A stretch of DNA of 64,000 nt from Phycisphaerae bacterium (GTDB taxonomy: Bacteria > Planctomycetota > Phycisphaerae > UBA1845 > Fen-1342), in assembly GCA_963666925.2 (NCBI GenBank), contig CAXXTC010000007.1, positions 64,001 through 128,000 on the forward strand. Reading direction: 5' to 3'. Both the position numbers and the translations under genes were made by a program. Shown here piece by piece: positions 55,220 through 64,000 of the stretch. The notes under the pieces are model-generated. The model searched no databases, was not told where the DNA came from, and was given only the letters and a program-made list of their open reading frames with translations. How positions within the stretch are numbered: position 1 is the stretch's first letter; every line of letters begins with the position of its first letter.

Positions 55220-56740
55220 CTAGGCCAGGTTCATCGTCATCAGGAACAGCCGGTTCGACTCCATCTTCTCCAGTCGGCTACGCAGCAGCTCGACCGATTC
55301 GACCGGGTTCATATCGCTAAGCACCCGGCGCAGCATGTAGACCTTTTCGAGCTCGTCCGGGTGCAGCAGCAGCTCTTCCTTGCGCGTGCCCGACGCCGGA
55401 ATATTGATCGCCGGCCAGATACGCTTGTCCACCAGGCGGCGGTCCAGGTGCAGCTCGCTGTTACCCGTCCCCTTGAACTCCTCAAAAATAACCTCGTCCA
55501 TCTTCGATCCGGTGTCCACCAGGGCCGTCCCGATGATGGTCAGGCTGCCGCCTTCCTCAATGTTACGGGCCGCCCCGAAAAACCGCTTCGGCTTCTGGAG
55601 CGCGTTGGCATCAACGCCACCCGTGAGGATCTTCCCGGAGTGCGGCACTTCCGTGTTGTACGCCCGCGCCAGACGCGTGATCGAATCCAGCAGAATGACC
55701 ACGTCGTGCCCATACTCGACCAGTCGCCGGGCCTTGTCGATCACCATCTCCGCCACCTGCACGTGCCGGCTGGCCGGCTCGTCAAACGTGGAGCTGATAA
55801 CCTCGGCCTTGGTGGCCCGCTGCATCTCGGTCACTTCCTCCGGCCGTTCGTCGATCAGCAGGATGATGACCTTCGCGTCCTCGTGGTTGTGTGTGATGGC
55901 GTTGGCCATCTTCTGCAACAGAACCGTCTTCCCCGTTCGCGGCGGCGCGACGATCAGCATGCGCTGTCCCTTCCCGATCGGTGTGACCAGGTCGACGATG
56001 CGCATGTTCAGTTCTTTCGGATTCGTTTCCAGGTAGAGCCGCTCGTCCGGGTGCAGCGGCGTCAGATCCTCGAAGTTGGTCTTCTCCGTCACCGCCTCCG
56101 GCGATTCGTAATTAATCGCCTCGACCCGCAGCAACGCGAAGTAACGCTCCGATTCCTTCGGCGGACGAATCTGCCCCGCCACGATATGCCCATTGCGCAG
56201 GCCGAAACGCCGAATCTGCGACGGGCTCACGTAAATATCATCCGGGCACGGCAGGTAGTTATACTCGGGGCTGCGCAGGAAGCCGAAGCCATCCTGGAGC
56301 ACCTCGAGCACGCCCTCGCCATAGAGCAGACCGTTCTGGCTGATGCGGCGCTTCAGAATCTGGAAGATGAGGTCCTGCTTAGGCAGCCCCACGTACTCCT
56401 CGATATCCTCTTCCTTCGCGACTTCGTGCAACTCCGCGACCGTCATCTTCTGAAGATCGGTGATGTGCAGCTCACCACGCTTGATGCGCTCATACTTCTC
56501 GTGCGTCTCGCGATCAATCGGCGAGTCATCATCCGGCTCGCTCTTGCGCTTGCGACGCTTCTTGGTCGGTTCGGTCGCCTCCGTGCCGTCGTCCTCAGCA
56601 CCAGCCGGCGACTTCGTGGTTGCAGTTTCGTTTTCTTCCTCAGCAGCTTCGTCCACCGTGCTTTCGCCCTCTTCGGGGATGCTCTCGATGACGTCCTGGA
56701 GCTTCTTCTTGCTACGGGAACGAGTGGATGCCTTAGCCAT
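55220..56740 (-). CDS. rho: Transcription termination factor Rho with charged N-terminal extension
   Basis: [36 protein letters not shown] and SGTRKEELL motifs. Confidence 0.97.
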   Translation of the reverse strand: MAKASTRSRSKKKLQDVIESIPEEGESTVDEAAEEENETATTKSPAGAEDDGTEATEPTKKRRKRKSEPDDDSPIDRETHEKYERIKRGELHITDLQKMTVAELHEVAKEEDIEEYVGLPKQDLIFQILKRRISQNGLLYGEGVLEVLQDGFGFLRSPEYNYLPCPDDIYVSPSQIRRFGLRNGHIVAGQIRPPKESERYFALLRVEAINYESPEAVTEKTNFEDLTPLHPDERLYLETNPKELNMRIVDLVTPIGKGQRMLIVAPPRTGKTVLLQKMANAITHNHEDAKVIILLIDERPEEVTEMQRATKAEVISSTFDEPASRHVQVAEMVIDKARRLVEYGHDVVILLDSITRLARAYNTEVPHSGKILTGGVDANALQKPKRFFGAARNIEEGGSLTIIGTALVDTGSKMDEVIFEEFKGTGNSELHLDRRLVDKRIWPAINIPASGTRKEELLLHPDELEKVYMLRRVLSDMNPVESVELLRSRLEKMESNRLFLMTMNLA

Positions 56741-56819
56741 TCTGGACCTCGCACGATGGCGCACCATTACTACACAGGGGCGCCGCTAACCTGACGCGTG
56801 TTCCACCGTTGATGCCCGC

Positions 56820-57446
56820 TCACGGGCATTCAAACCGGCTTACGATCTTCTTGAGGATGTCAAGTACCTGGGGACGCAACTGCGCCACAGGCCCGTTGTT
56901 GTCTACGACGAAATCGGCCCGCCGCCGTTTCTCCCCCAGCGGCATCTGCCAACTTTCCCGCTGTTGGAGTTCATCCACGCTCCACCCACGATTCGCGTGA
57001 AGGCGCTGCAACCGAGCGGCCTCGGTCGCTTCTACATACACAATAGCGTCACACTCTCGATCGAGGTTACTTTCAAACAGGAGCGGGGAATCGAGGACGA
57101 TGGCCTTGATCGCTGGATTATTATCTACCGCCCGTATCATAGCCCTGCGCCGCTGGTCAATCAAGGGGTGCACTAGGCTTTCCAAACGCCGTTTCTGCTC
57201 CAGATCCGCAAACACGATCCGGGCCACCGATTGCCGATCAATCTCCCCATCAACCCCGATCACCCCCGCTCCCCACCACTTCCGTAGCTGCTCCTTGACC
57301 GCTGCCTCATGCAGAACCGCCCGGTTCTGCTCGTCCGAGTTGATCACCAGGCACCCCGCCGACGCGAACTCAGCCGCCACCTGCGACTTGCCCGCCCCGA
57401 TCCCCCCACAAACCCCAATCGTCGGTTTCTTGCTGTGCTTGCTCAC
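56820..57446 (-). CDS. coaE: Dephospho-CoA kinase
   Basis: GGIGAGKS, LESLVHP and DSPLLFE motifs. Confidence 0.92.
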   Translation of the reverse strand: MSKHSKKPTIGVCGGIGAGKSQVAAEFASAGCLVINSDEQNRAVLHEAAVKEQLRKWWGAGVIGVDGEIDRQSVARIVFADLEQKRRLESLVHPLIDQRRRAMIRAVDNNPAIKAIVLDSPLLFESNLDRECDAIVYVEATEAARLQRLHANRGWSVDELQQRESWQMPLGEKRRRADFVVDNNGPVAQLRPQVLDILKKIVSRFECP

Positions 57447-57691
57447 GCTGTCAGAATCTCATCAAGGGTGCAGTTGGGCGGATAAACCAGTGAATCCACC
57501 GTTCGCGGCCAAAGAGGGGCGGCGTCCTGGGCAGGCTACACGGGGAGGGGTTCACCAGCTTCCCCGCATGGTGCGACTTGTGACCCATTCCGCCCGGGTT
57601 GTCAATCCCGCCCCGTCAGGTAAAGTAGAAACGACCAGCCTGTTCGGGGGGTGTTGGTGTTCGAGACCCGGCTGGCACCAATGGAGCCACT

Positions 57692-58804
57692 ATGACTCGT
57701 CCCACACGCGTACTAATCGCCAAGATCGGACTCGACGGCCATGATCGCGGCGCCAAGCTCATCGTCCGAAACCTCCGTGATGCCGGCATGGAGGTCATCT
57801 ACACCGGCCTCTGGCAAACACCATCCTCGACCATCCACGCCGCTGTCCAGGAGGACGTCGACGTCCTCGGCGTAAGCCTGCTTTCCGCCGCACACATGAC
57901 CATCATGCCCGAACTTCGCCGCCTGTGCATCCAGGCCGGCATCCCCGATATCCCCATAATAGTCGGCGGAATCATTCCCGAAGAGGACCACCAGCCTCTG
58001 CGCGAGGCCGGCATCGATGGCGTCTTCAACCCCGGAACCCCCATGAAAGCCGTCATCGACTCCATCCGCGAACTCGCAGACCGCCGTACGCGCCAGCGCC
58101 AGGACGATACCACCACTCCCGACCTCCAGAACTCCACCGGACTCGCCCGCGCCATCACCTACGCTCTCATGGGACAGGCCGACCGCGTCGGAAATGTACC
58201 GGTCCCGCAGCACCCATCAGTCACGCTCGGCATCACCGGCTCCCCCGGCGTCGGCAAGTCCACCTTCATCGGCAAGCTCGCCGGCCAGCTCCGTCAGCGC
58301 GGCCGCCGCGTCGCCGTCATCGCCGTCGATCCCACCAGCCCCATCACCGGCGGCTCCGTCCTCGGCGACCGCCTCCGCATCATGCGCAACGAGCCCGACG
58401 ACGGACTCTTCATCCGCAGCCTCGCCTCGGCCGGCCAGGCCGGTGGGCTCGCCCCCGGCTGCGCCGACGTCGCCCGACTCATGGCCGCTGGCGGATACGA
58501 AGTCCTCCTCATCGAGACCGTCGGCGCCGGCCAGAACGACACCGAGGTCCGCAACCTCACCGACCACGTCTTCCTTCTCGTCATGCCCGGCGCCGGCGAC
58601 GCCATCCAGTTCGCCAAGGCCGGCGTCCAGGAAATCGCCACCGGCTTCGTCGTCCACAAATCCGACCTCCCCGGGGCCGACAAAACCGTCCGCCAACTAC
58701 GCGAATCGCTCGCCGACGATCGCCCCGTCTGGGCCGTCAGCTCACTCCGCGTCGAGGGACTTGACCCCCTCTGCGAATGGCTCGAAGAAAAGCTGGACAC
58801 CTGA
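57692..58804 (+). CDS. Fusion of an acyl-CoA mutase B12-binding domain and a MeaB/ArgK GTPase
   Basis: GLDGHDRG and SLLSAAH, then GSPGVGKST, VDPTSPITGGSVLGDRLR and ETVGAGQ. Confidence 0.88.
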   Translation: MTRPTRVLIAKIGLDGHDRGAKLIVRNLRDAGMEVIYTGLWQTPSSTIHAAVQEDVDVLGVSLLSAAHMTIMPELRRLCIQAGIPDIPIIVGGIIPEEDHQPLREAGIDGVFNPGTPMKAVIDSIRELADRRTRQRQDDTTTPDLQNSTGLARAITYALMGQADRVGNVPVPQHPSVTLGITGSPGVGKSTFIGKLAGQLRQRGRRVAVIAVDPTSPITGGSVLGDRLRIMRNEPDDGLFIRSLASAGQAGGLAPGCADVARLMAAGGYEVLLIETVGAGQNDTEVRNLTDHVFLLVMPGAGDAIQFAKAGVQEIATGFVVHKSDLPGADKTVRQLRESLADDRPVWAVSSLRVEGLDPLCEWLEEKLDT

Positions 58805-58888
58805 TCCCCGCTTACCCATCCGCAAATCCGACCACCTGAGCACGCCGCCAACGTTGCGTTCCGGCCCACGCCCGTTACGCTGCCACCC

Positions 58889-60856
58889 ATGCTCGCATGG
58901 CTGGATCATCCCCGCACGCACCACATCGGCGTGCCGCTGCTGCTACTCATCACCGCCACCATCGCTCTCACTTCCCTCATCACCGACAGCGTTACATTCG
59001 ACGAGACCAGCCACCTCACCGCCGGCCTGAGCGTCCTCCGCACCGGCGACTATCGCCTCGCCCCCGACCATCCGCCCCTCGCCAAAATCTGGTGTGCCGC
59101 ACCGCTCCTCCTGCTCGATTGCGACTGGCCGCCACCCGACGACGAGCACTGGGCCAGCGCCAACGTCTTTCAGTTCGGCCGCGAGTTCCTCTTCCAGCTC
59201 AACAACGGCCAAAGGCTCGTAGTCGTCGGCCGCTGCATGATGGTTGTGCTCCTCCTCGCCACGTGCTTGACCATCTATTTCACGGCGCGCCTCGTCGCCG
59301 GCCCCCGCGCTGCCCTCTTCGCCCTGACACTGGCGGCACTGAGCCCGACCCTGCTCGCCCATGGCCGACTGGTCACGACCGACCTGCCCATCACGTTGAT
59401 GTTCGTCCTCGTGCTGCTCACTTTCGCCCACCTGTTCCGCCAGCCGACGTGGCAGCGTTTCGTACCCGCCGCCATCGCCCTCGCCGCCGCCAGTGTCACC
59501 AAGCTTTCCTGGCCACTGGTCCTGCCCAGCTTGGCCGTGATGCTCGCCGCCCGCCTGTGGCAGGCCCGGCAGGCAACCAGCACAGACAAGCCGGCCCCGT
59601 TAACCAAAGCTGCGCAAAAGCCACCAACGCGTATCGGTCCACGTCTGACACTGATGGCACTGCTCGCGATCGTCGTCGTCTGGGCCGGCATCTGGACGGT
59701 CTACGGCTGGCGCCACTCCATCGCCGCTCCGCCGACCGATCCCGCCGACCAGGTCGGCTGGGCCCGCTTCGCCGCCACCCAGGAGCAAAGCGGCTTCTAC
59801 TGGCAACTCGCCCTGCACAACGACGACGGCACACCCCGCGCCGGCCTCGTGCCTACCACCATCCGCCTCATGGCCCACGTCGGACTCCTGCCCGACTCCT
59901 ACCTCCTCGGGCTCGCCCAGACACTCGCCGCCACCAGCGGACGCTGCGCCTATCTCTGCGGTTCCTACGGCTCCGCTGGCTGGTGGGTCTATTTCCCCGT
60001 CGCCATTCTCATCAAAACCCCCGTCCCCGTACTCCTGCTCATCTTCCTCGGCACCATCGCCCTGGCCCGGCGAAAGATCGCTATCCGCCATCCGCTCCTG
60101 CTGGTCGGCCTGATCACCTTCGCCGCCACCTATCTCCTCTACGTCATGAGCGGCAGCTTCGACATCGGCCATCGCCACGTGCTGCCGATCTACCCGACGC
60201 TTTTCGTCCTCGCCGGCGCCGCCGTCGGCTGGCTCACCCGGCGCGCCGGCCGAATCGCAATCAGCCTCGCACTCCTCTGGCTCGTCGGCGCCAATTTCTG
60301 GATCCACCCCCATTACCTGCCCTATTTCAACGAGCTCGTCGGTGGGCCCGCCCGCGGTCACCGTTACCTCGCCGACAGCAACATCGACTGGGGCCAGGAC
60401 CTCCTCCGACTGGCCGACTACGTCCGCCAGCACCCGGACGAACAACTCAAGCTCGGCTATTTCGGCAGCGCCGTCCCAACTTCCTATGTCGACTGCTCAT
60501 CCATGCCGAGCTTCATCGATTTCGAACCCCGCGCCGAACTCTCCGCCGGCACCTACGTCATCAGCGTCAACCGTTGGCTGGGTGTGAACGACCCCGAGCT
60601 GCGCCCCGAATTCTGGACCGACCGTTACCGCCAGGCCTACCAGACCCTCCAACAGATCGCCGAATCACCGCCGACGTCCGCCCCCAGTTCCCCGACCGCC
60701 GCCCAGCGCGAACAGGCCGCCCGGGAGTACCACGAGCTGCGCTACAAGCGCCTCATTAGTCGCCTGCGTTTGCTACCCCCCGACGCCCGCGTCGGCTACT
60801 CGCTCCTCGTGTATCGCCTCACCGACGCCCAGGTCGCCGAGCTGACCGCCCCCTGA
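58889..60856 (+). CDS. GT-C fold (ArnT/PMT-like) glycosyltransferase
   Basis: TFDETSH, HPPLAK, TTDLP, GHRHVLP and DSNIDWGQD motifs; many TM segments. Confidence 0.82.
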   Translation: MLAWLDHPRTHHIGVPLLLLITATIALTSLITDSVTFDETSHLTAGLSVLRTGDYRLAPDHPPLAKIWCAAPLLLLDCDWPPPDDEHWASANVFQFGREFLFQLNNGQRLVVVGRCMMVVLLLATCLTIYFTARLVAGPRAALFALTLAALSPTLLAHGRLVTTDLPITLMFVLVLLTFAHLFRQPTWQRFVPAAIALAAASVTKLSWPLVLPSLAVMLAARLWQARQATSTDKPAPLTKAAQKPPTRIGPRLTLMALLAIVVVWAGIWTVYGWRHSIAAPPTDPADQVGWARFAATQEQSGFYWQLALHNDDGTPRAGLVPTTIRLMAHVGLLPDSYLLGLAQTLAATSGRCAYLCGSYGSAGWWVYFPVAILIKTPVPVLLLIFLGTIALARRKIAIRHPLLLVGLITFAATYLLYVMSGSFDIGHRHVLPIYPTLFVLAGAAVGWLTRRAGRIAISLALLWLVGANFWIHPHYLPYFNELVGGPARGHRYLADSNIDWGQDLLRLADYVRQHPDEQLKLGYFGSAVPTSYVDCSSMPSFIDFEPRAELSAGTYVISVNRWLGVNDPELRPEFWTDRYRQAYQTLQQIAESPPTSAPSSPTAAQREQAAREYHELRYKRLISRLRLLPPDARVGYSLLVYRLTDAQVAELTAP

Positions 60857-60865
60857 CGATCTTAC

Positions 60866-61693
60866 CTACTCCTCCGCGCCCGCCGCCACTTCCTCCTCCG
60901 AAAGCAGATAAGGCGCCACGATGTACCGGTTCCAGCGGTATTGCAGGATCGGCATGTGCAGCCCCGAATGACCGGCCGCCTCCCACTCTTCGTTCCACCC
61001 CACCTGCTCAACCCGCTCCCGCAGCTCAGCGTCGGGCACCGCCACCTCCAGCAGGAAGCCTATTTGCGCCGCCGCCGGGACCAGTATCCGATCCATCGTG
61101 CCCCAGACCGTGCAGAACCACCCGCCCAGAAACACGTCACGCTCCGAGTACATCGCGATCAACTTCCCGTCGATGTGCTCGAGCGCCCGCGTCAGGTCAT
61201 ACGTCGGACTCAGCGCCGCCTGGCACAGCACCACGTTGTTCAGCTTGAACCCGTCCGGCAACTCCTCCGCCACCCACACCGCCAGTGCCGCTCCCGCCGA
61301 GTAACCCACCAGGTCGATTGGTTTATCCGGGTACTTCGCCCGATATGCGACGATCCGGTCGGCTACATATGCCGCCTGTCGCCGATTCGCCCCATAATCA
61401 AACAGGTGCGTCGAGAAGTCCGGCAACGGCCGATCCCAATCGAAGATATGTACCTCTTTCAGCAGCCCCGCCTCGCGCAGCCCGCGGTACGCGTCGTCCA
61501 GCTCGCCCGCCTCGCCGATCAAACCCGGGAACATCCACAACAGCCCGTACGCCGGCTCCGAAGTGGAGGCCTTCTGAAGTTCCGGATTGACGATCTCACC
61601 TTCCAGCGGAGCGCCACAACCCACCAGCCCGCTCACGAGCAGGCCGGCCAGCAGTCCCGCCACCGCAATCCGCACACTTACAGATCCGCACAT
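60866..61693 (-). CDS. Alpha/beta-hydrolase lipoprotein
   Basis: Lipobox LVGC, GYSAG nucleophile elbow, C-terminal His. Confidence 0.78.
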   Translation of the reverse strand: MCGSVSVRIAVAGLLAGLLVSGLVGCGAPLEGEIVNPELQKASTSEPAYGLLWMFPGLIGEAGELDDAYRGLREAGLLKEVHIFDWDRPLPDFSTHLFDYGANRRQAAYVADRIVAYRAKYPDKPIDLVGYSAGAALAVWVAEELPDGFKLNNVVLCQAALSPTYDLTRALEHIDGKLIAMYSERDVFLGGWFCTVWGTMDRILVPAAAQIGFLLEVAVPDAELRERVEQVGWNEEWEAAGHSGLHMPILQYRWNRYIVAPYLLSEEEVAAGAEE

Positions 61694-61816
61694 GTTATCG
61701 TTCCCACAGCATCCACGCCGTCAGGAGAGCCTTCCACTCGCCCTGGATGGCCAATGTCGATGTGTCCCGCAACCACACCGGCCCGCAGTCGTGTCGGCCC
61801 ACAAACTCGCAGCCCG

Positions 61817-62284
61817 CTACCGTCCGGTATGCCCGAATCCGCCCGTCCCACGCTGCGATTCGCTCAACTCTTCCGATTCTTCAATTCGGACGTGCGCGAT
61901 CGGGCTGATCACGAGCTGCGCAAAACGCATCCCGCGATTAATCATATACGGCTCCCGGCCCACATTCCCAAGTACTACCTGCAATTCTCCCCGATAGTCC
62001 GCATCGATAGTCCCCGGCGCATTCGGCAGCATCACCCCGTGCCGCAGCGCCAGACCGCTCCGTGCCCGCACCTGCCCCTCGTACCCCACCGGTATCTCCA
62101 GGAACAGACCCGTCGGAATCAGCTTGATCTCCCCCGGCGCTATCGTAATCGGCTCCTGATTGGCGGCGTACAGATCCAGCCCCGCCGCATGGTCGCTCAT
62201 ATACTGCGGCAGCGGCAGCTCCTCAGTCCCCGGCTCCCGCCTTACCCGCAACACCGGCTGCATTTCGCAATTAGTCTCGTTCAC
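61817..62284 (-). CDS. dut: dUTP diphosphatase
   Basis: AGLDL, RSGLA, GTIDADYRGE and RGTGGFGHTG motifs. Confidence 0.96.
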   Translation of the reverse strand: MNETNCEMQPVLRVRREPGTEELPLPQYMSDHAAGLDLYAANQEPITIAPGEIKLIPTGLFLEIPVGYEGQVRARSGLALRHGVMLPNAPGTIDADYRGELQVVLGNVGREPYMINRGMRFAQLVISPIAHVRIEESEELSESQRGTGGFGHTGR

Positions 62285-62432
62285 GCGCTCGCTTCCTCGC
62301 TCTCAATGTTCAGCCCGCCCACAGTATACCGACCTGCCAAGTGCTTGACAGGGCCGCCCCCAGCGGGCGCAATAGCACCGTTGGCAGAGGCCCGCATCCT
62401 CGCGATCCCTCCGCCAACATGAGAGGTCTACA

Positions 62433-62777
62433 GTGAGTCCGCGCAACATCCCGCCGCTCGAATTCAAACGCGAAGGTGACCTGCTGCGCTTCAGCCTACT
62501 CCGGCAGGACGACATCCTCCCCGAACTTCCCCCCGACTACGAACTCGAATTGGCCGAGCAACTTGCCGACCTCCTCGCTGAGGGACCCACCCTCTCCGCC
62601 GAAATCGACCTCCGCGATGTACCCGCCATCAGCAGTCGCGAACTCGGGTCTATAATCGCTCTACAAAGAGTGTTGCGGCCCGCGGTCGGTCCGGTGCGCG
62701 TGGTCGGTGTCAGCAGCGGCGTACGCCACTTGCTCAAGCTCACCCGCACCGATCAGCTCTTCGACCTCCCGCAGTGA
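62433..62777 (+). CDS. STAS-domain (anti-sigma antagonist-like) protein
   Basis: IDLRDVPAISSRELG and LLKLTRTDQLF. Confidence 0.75.
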   Translation: MSPRNIPPLEFKREGDLLRFSLLRQDDILPELPPDYELELAEQLADLLAEGPTLSAEIDLRDVPAISSRELGSIIALQRVLRPAVGPVRVVGVSSGVRHLLKLTRTDQLFDLPQ

Positions 62778-62819
62778 CCGCCTACCCGGAATCGTTGTCA
62801 CGTTGCGAGGCCATCTCAC

Positions 62820-63044
62820 ATGTGCATGGAACGCTGGATCAGGCTCATTGCCGGGACCTTCGTCATGGCCAGTGCCGTCCTGGCCTGGTTTCACAGCCCG
62901 TACTGGCTCGCGCTTACCGCGTTCGTCGGGCTCAACCTCTTCCAATCAGCGCTCACCCGCTGGTGCCTCATGGAAGACATCCTGGCCAAACTCGGCATCC
63001 CCCCGTGTCAGCACGGCACCAGCGCCGAAAAGCCCACAACCTGA
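62820..63044 (+). CDS. DUF2892/YgaP-like small membrane protein
   Basis: RLIAGTF...FVGLNLFQSALTRWCLME. Confidence 0.82.
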   Translation: MCMERWIRLIAGTFVMASAVLAWFHSPYWLALTAFVGLNLFQSALTRWCLMEDILAKLGIPPCQHGTSAEKPTT

Positions 63045-63082
63045 CCAGCCCGGCTTCTCACGCTGTCAGCATCTCATGCGAA

Positions 63083-63162
63083 GTGGGGCGGGCGTCTCGC
63101 CCGCCGTAGTGTGGCACAGGCTAATAGCCTGTGGCCGACGTGCCACTGTTCTTGAGCAGTGC
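63083..63162 (+). repeat. Composite REP array (families A, B and C)
   Basis: A at 63083-63105, B at 63111-63133, C at 63140-63162 (GTGCCACTGTTCTTGAGCAGTGC). Confidence 0.85.
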
Positions 63163-63195
63163 TCCCCCCATGCCGCGAAGCGTACCGAGTAGCTG

Positions 63196-63999
63196 CTACC
63201 GCTCCACCGGCCGATACAACGTATCCCGCTCCACCGGCCTATACCCCGCCTCCGCAATCAGCCGGCGGATCTGCTCCACCGTCAGCTCCTGCCGATTCGT
63301 CCCGCCCCCCGTGCGCTTTGTGATGTCATACCACACCACCGTCCCGTCCAGATCATCCGCACCCCACTGGAGCGCCACCTGTGCCAACTTCGGCGTCAGC
63401 ATGATCCAGAACGCTTTGATATGCGGGATGTTGTCCAGCATCAGCCGGCTCACCGCCATCGTGCGCAAATCGTCCAGCCCCGTCGGACCCGGCAAATGTG
63501 CCAGCGCACTGCCCTCCGGGATAAACGCCAGCGGCACGAAACACTGAAACGCCGCTTGCCGCTCGGCCAGCGACGCGTCCTGGTGCTCGCGCAGCTTGAT
63601 CATGTGCGTCAATCGCTCGTCAACCGATTCGATATGCCCGTACAGCATGGTCGCGTTCGACGGAATGCCCAGTTCGTGCGCCACGCGATGCACGTCAAAC
63701 CAGTGTGTCGCCCCCACCTTGTTCTGAAACGCTTCCTCGTGCACGCGATCGTCGAATATCTCTGCTCCGCCGCCCGGCAGGCTGTTCAGCCCCGCCTCAC
63801 GCAGTGCCCTCAACACCTCGACAATGCTCATGCGCGGCTTGGCGATCCGGCCAAAATGCACAATCTCGATCGCAGTAAAGGCTTTGATGTGAATATCCGG
63901 GCAGCACGCCCGAATGGCCGCACACATGTCGGTGTAATAGGAAAACGGCAGCTTCGGATGCAACCCGCCGACGATGTGTATTTCCGTCGCGCCCTGTGC
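63196..63999 (-). CDS. mqnE: Aminofutalosine synthase MqnE-like radical SAM enzyme, 5' end outside window
   Basis: EIHIVGGLHP, HIKAFTAIEI, PGGGAEIF, NATMLYGHIE, HIKAFW and VERDTLY motifs. Confidence 0.85.
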   Translation of the reverse strand, partial: AQGATEIHIVGGLHPKLPFSYYTDMCAAIRACCPDIHIKAFTAIEIVHFGRIAKPRMSIVEVLRALREAGLNSLPGGGAEIFDDRVHEEAFQNKVGATHWFDVHRVAHELGIPSNATMLYGHIESVDERLTHMIKLREHQDASLAERQAAFQCFVPLAFIPEGSALAHLPGPTGLDDLRTMAVSRLMLDNIPHIKAFWIMLTPKLAQVALQWGADDLDGTVVWYDITKRTGGGTNRQELTVEQIRRLIAEAGYRPVERDTLYRPVER

Positions 64000-64000
64000 C

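Noticed and set aside
55361..56794. Long antisense or alternate-frame ORFs (e.g. opposite rho, purA, clpB and 19348-21144)
   Set aside because: Shadow ORFs expected in high-GC DNA opposite well-supported genes.
63083..63162. CRISPR array
   Set aside because: The repeats are dispersed hairpins of different families without regular spacers, and there are no cas genes.

Overview
A 64 kb, GC-rich bacterial chromosome segment. Gene content and dockerin-like secreted proteins suggest Planctomycetota, probably Phycisphaerae (inference only). Housekeeping genes include many lipid and envelope genes (pssA, psd, uppS, cdsA, uppP, pgpA, pgsA, plsY) plus purA, nadK, ileS, dapB, clpB, lexA, rho, coaE, dut and mqnE. 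Four large secreted proteins end in dockerin-like repeats. Two features stand out. (1) An apparently intact REP-associated HUH/Y1 tyrosine transposase (RAYT) is inserted in frame inside ileS, bracketed by a perfect 26-bp inverted pair of REPs, and the same REP recurs in intergenic regions of the window. (2) A complete IS110-family (IS1111-like) element is inserted into a different palindromic repeat; its 3' non-coding end carries 7-nt matches to both halves of the target and to one half of its own circle junction, as expected of a bridge/seek RNA. Other observations: several REP families with compensatory stem changes, an orphan promoter-terminator unit of about 185 nt, a HEPN-motif gene behind lexA, and a G-to-C skew inversion across the window. 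Several conserved genes (larE, ileS, clpB, plsY) are interrupted, most likely by sequencing error. All calls come from reading the sequence; no database searches were run.
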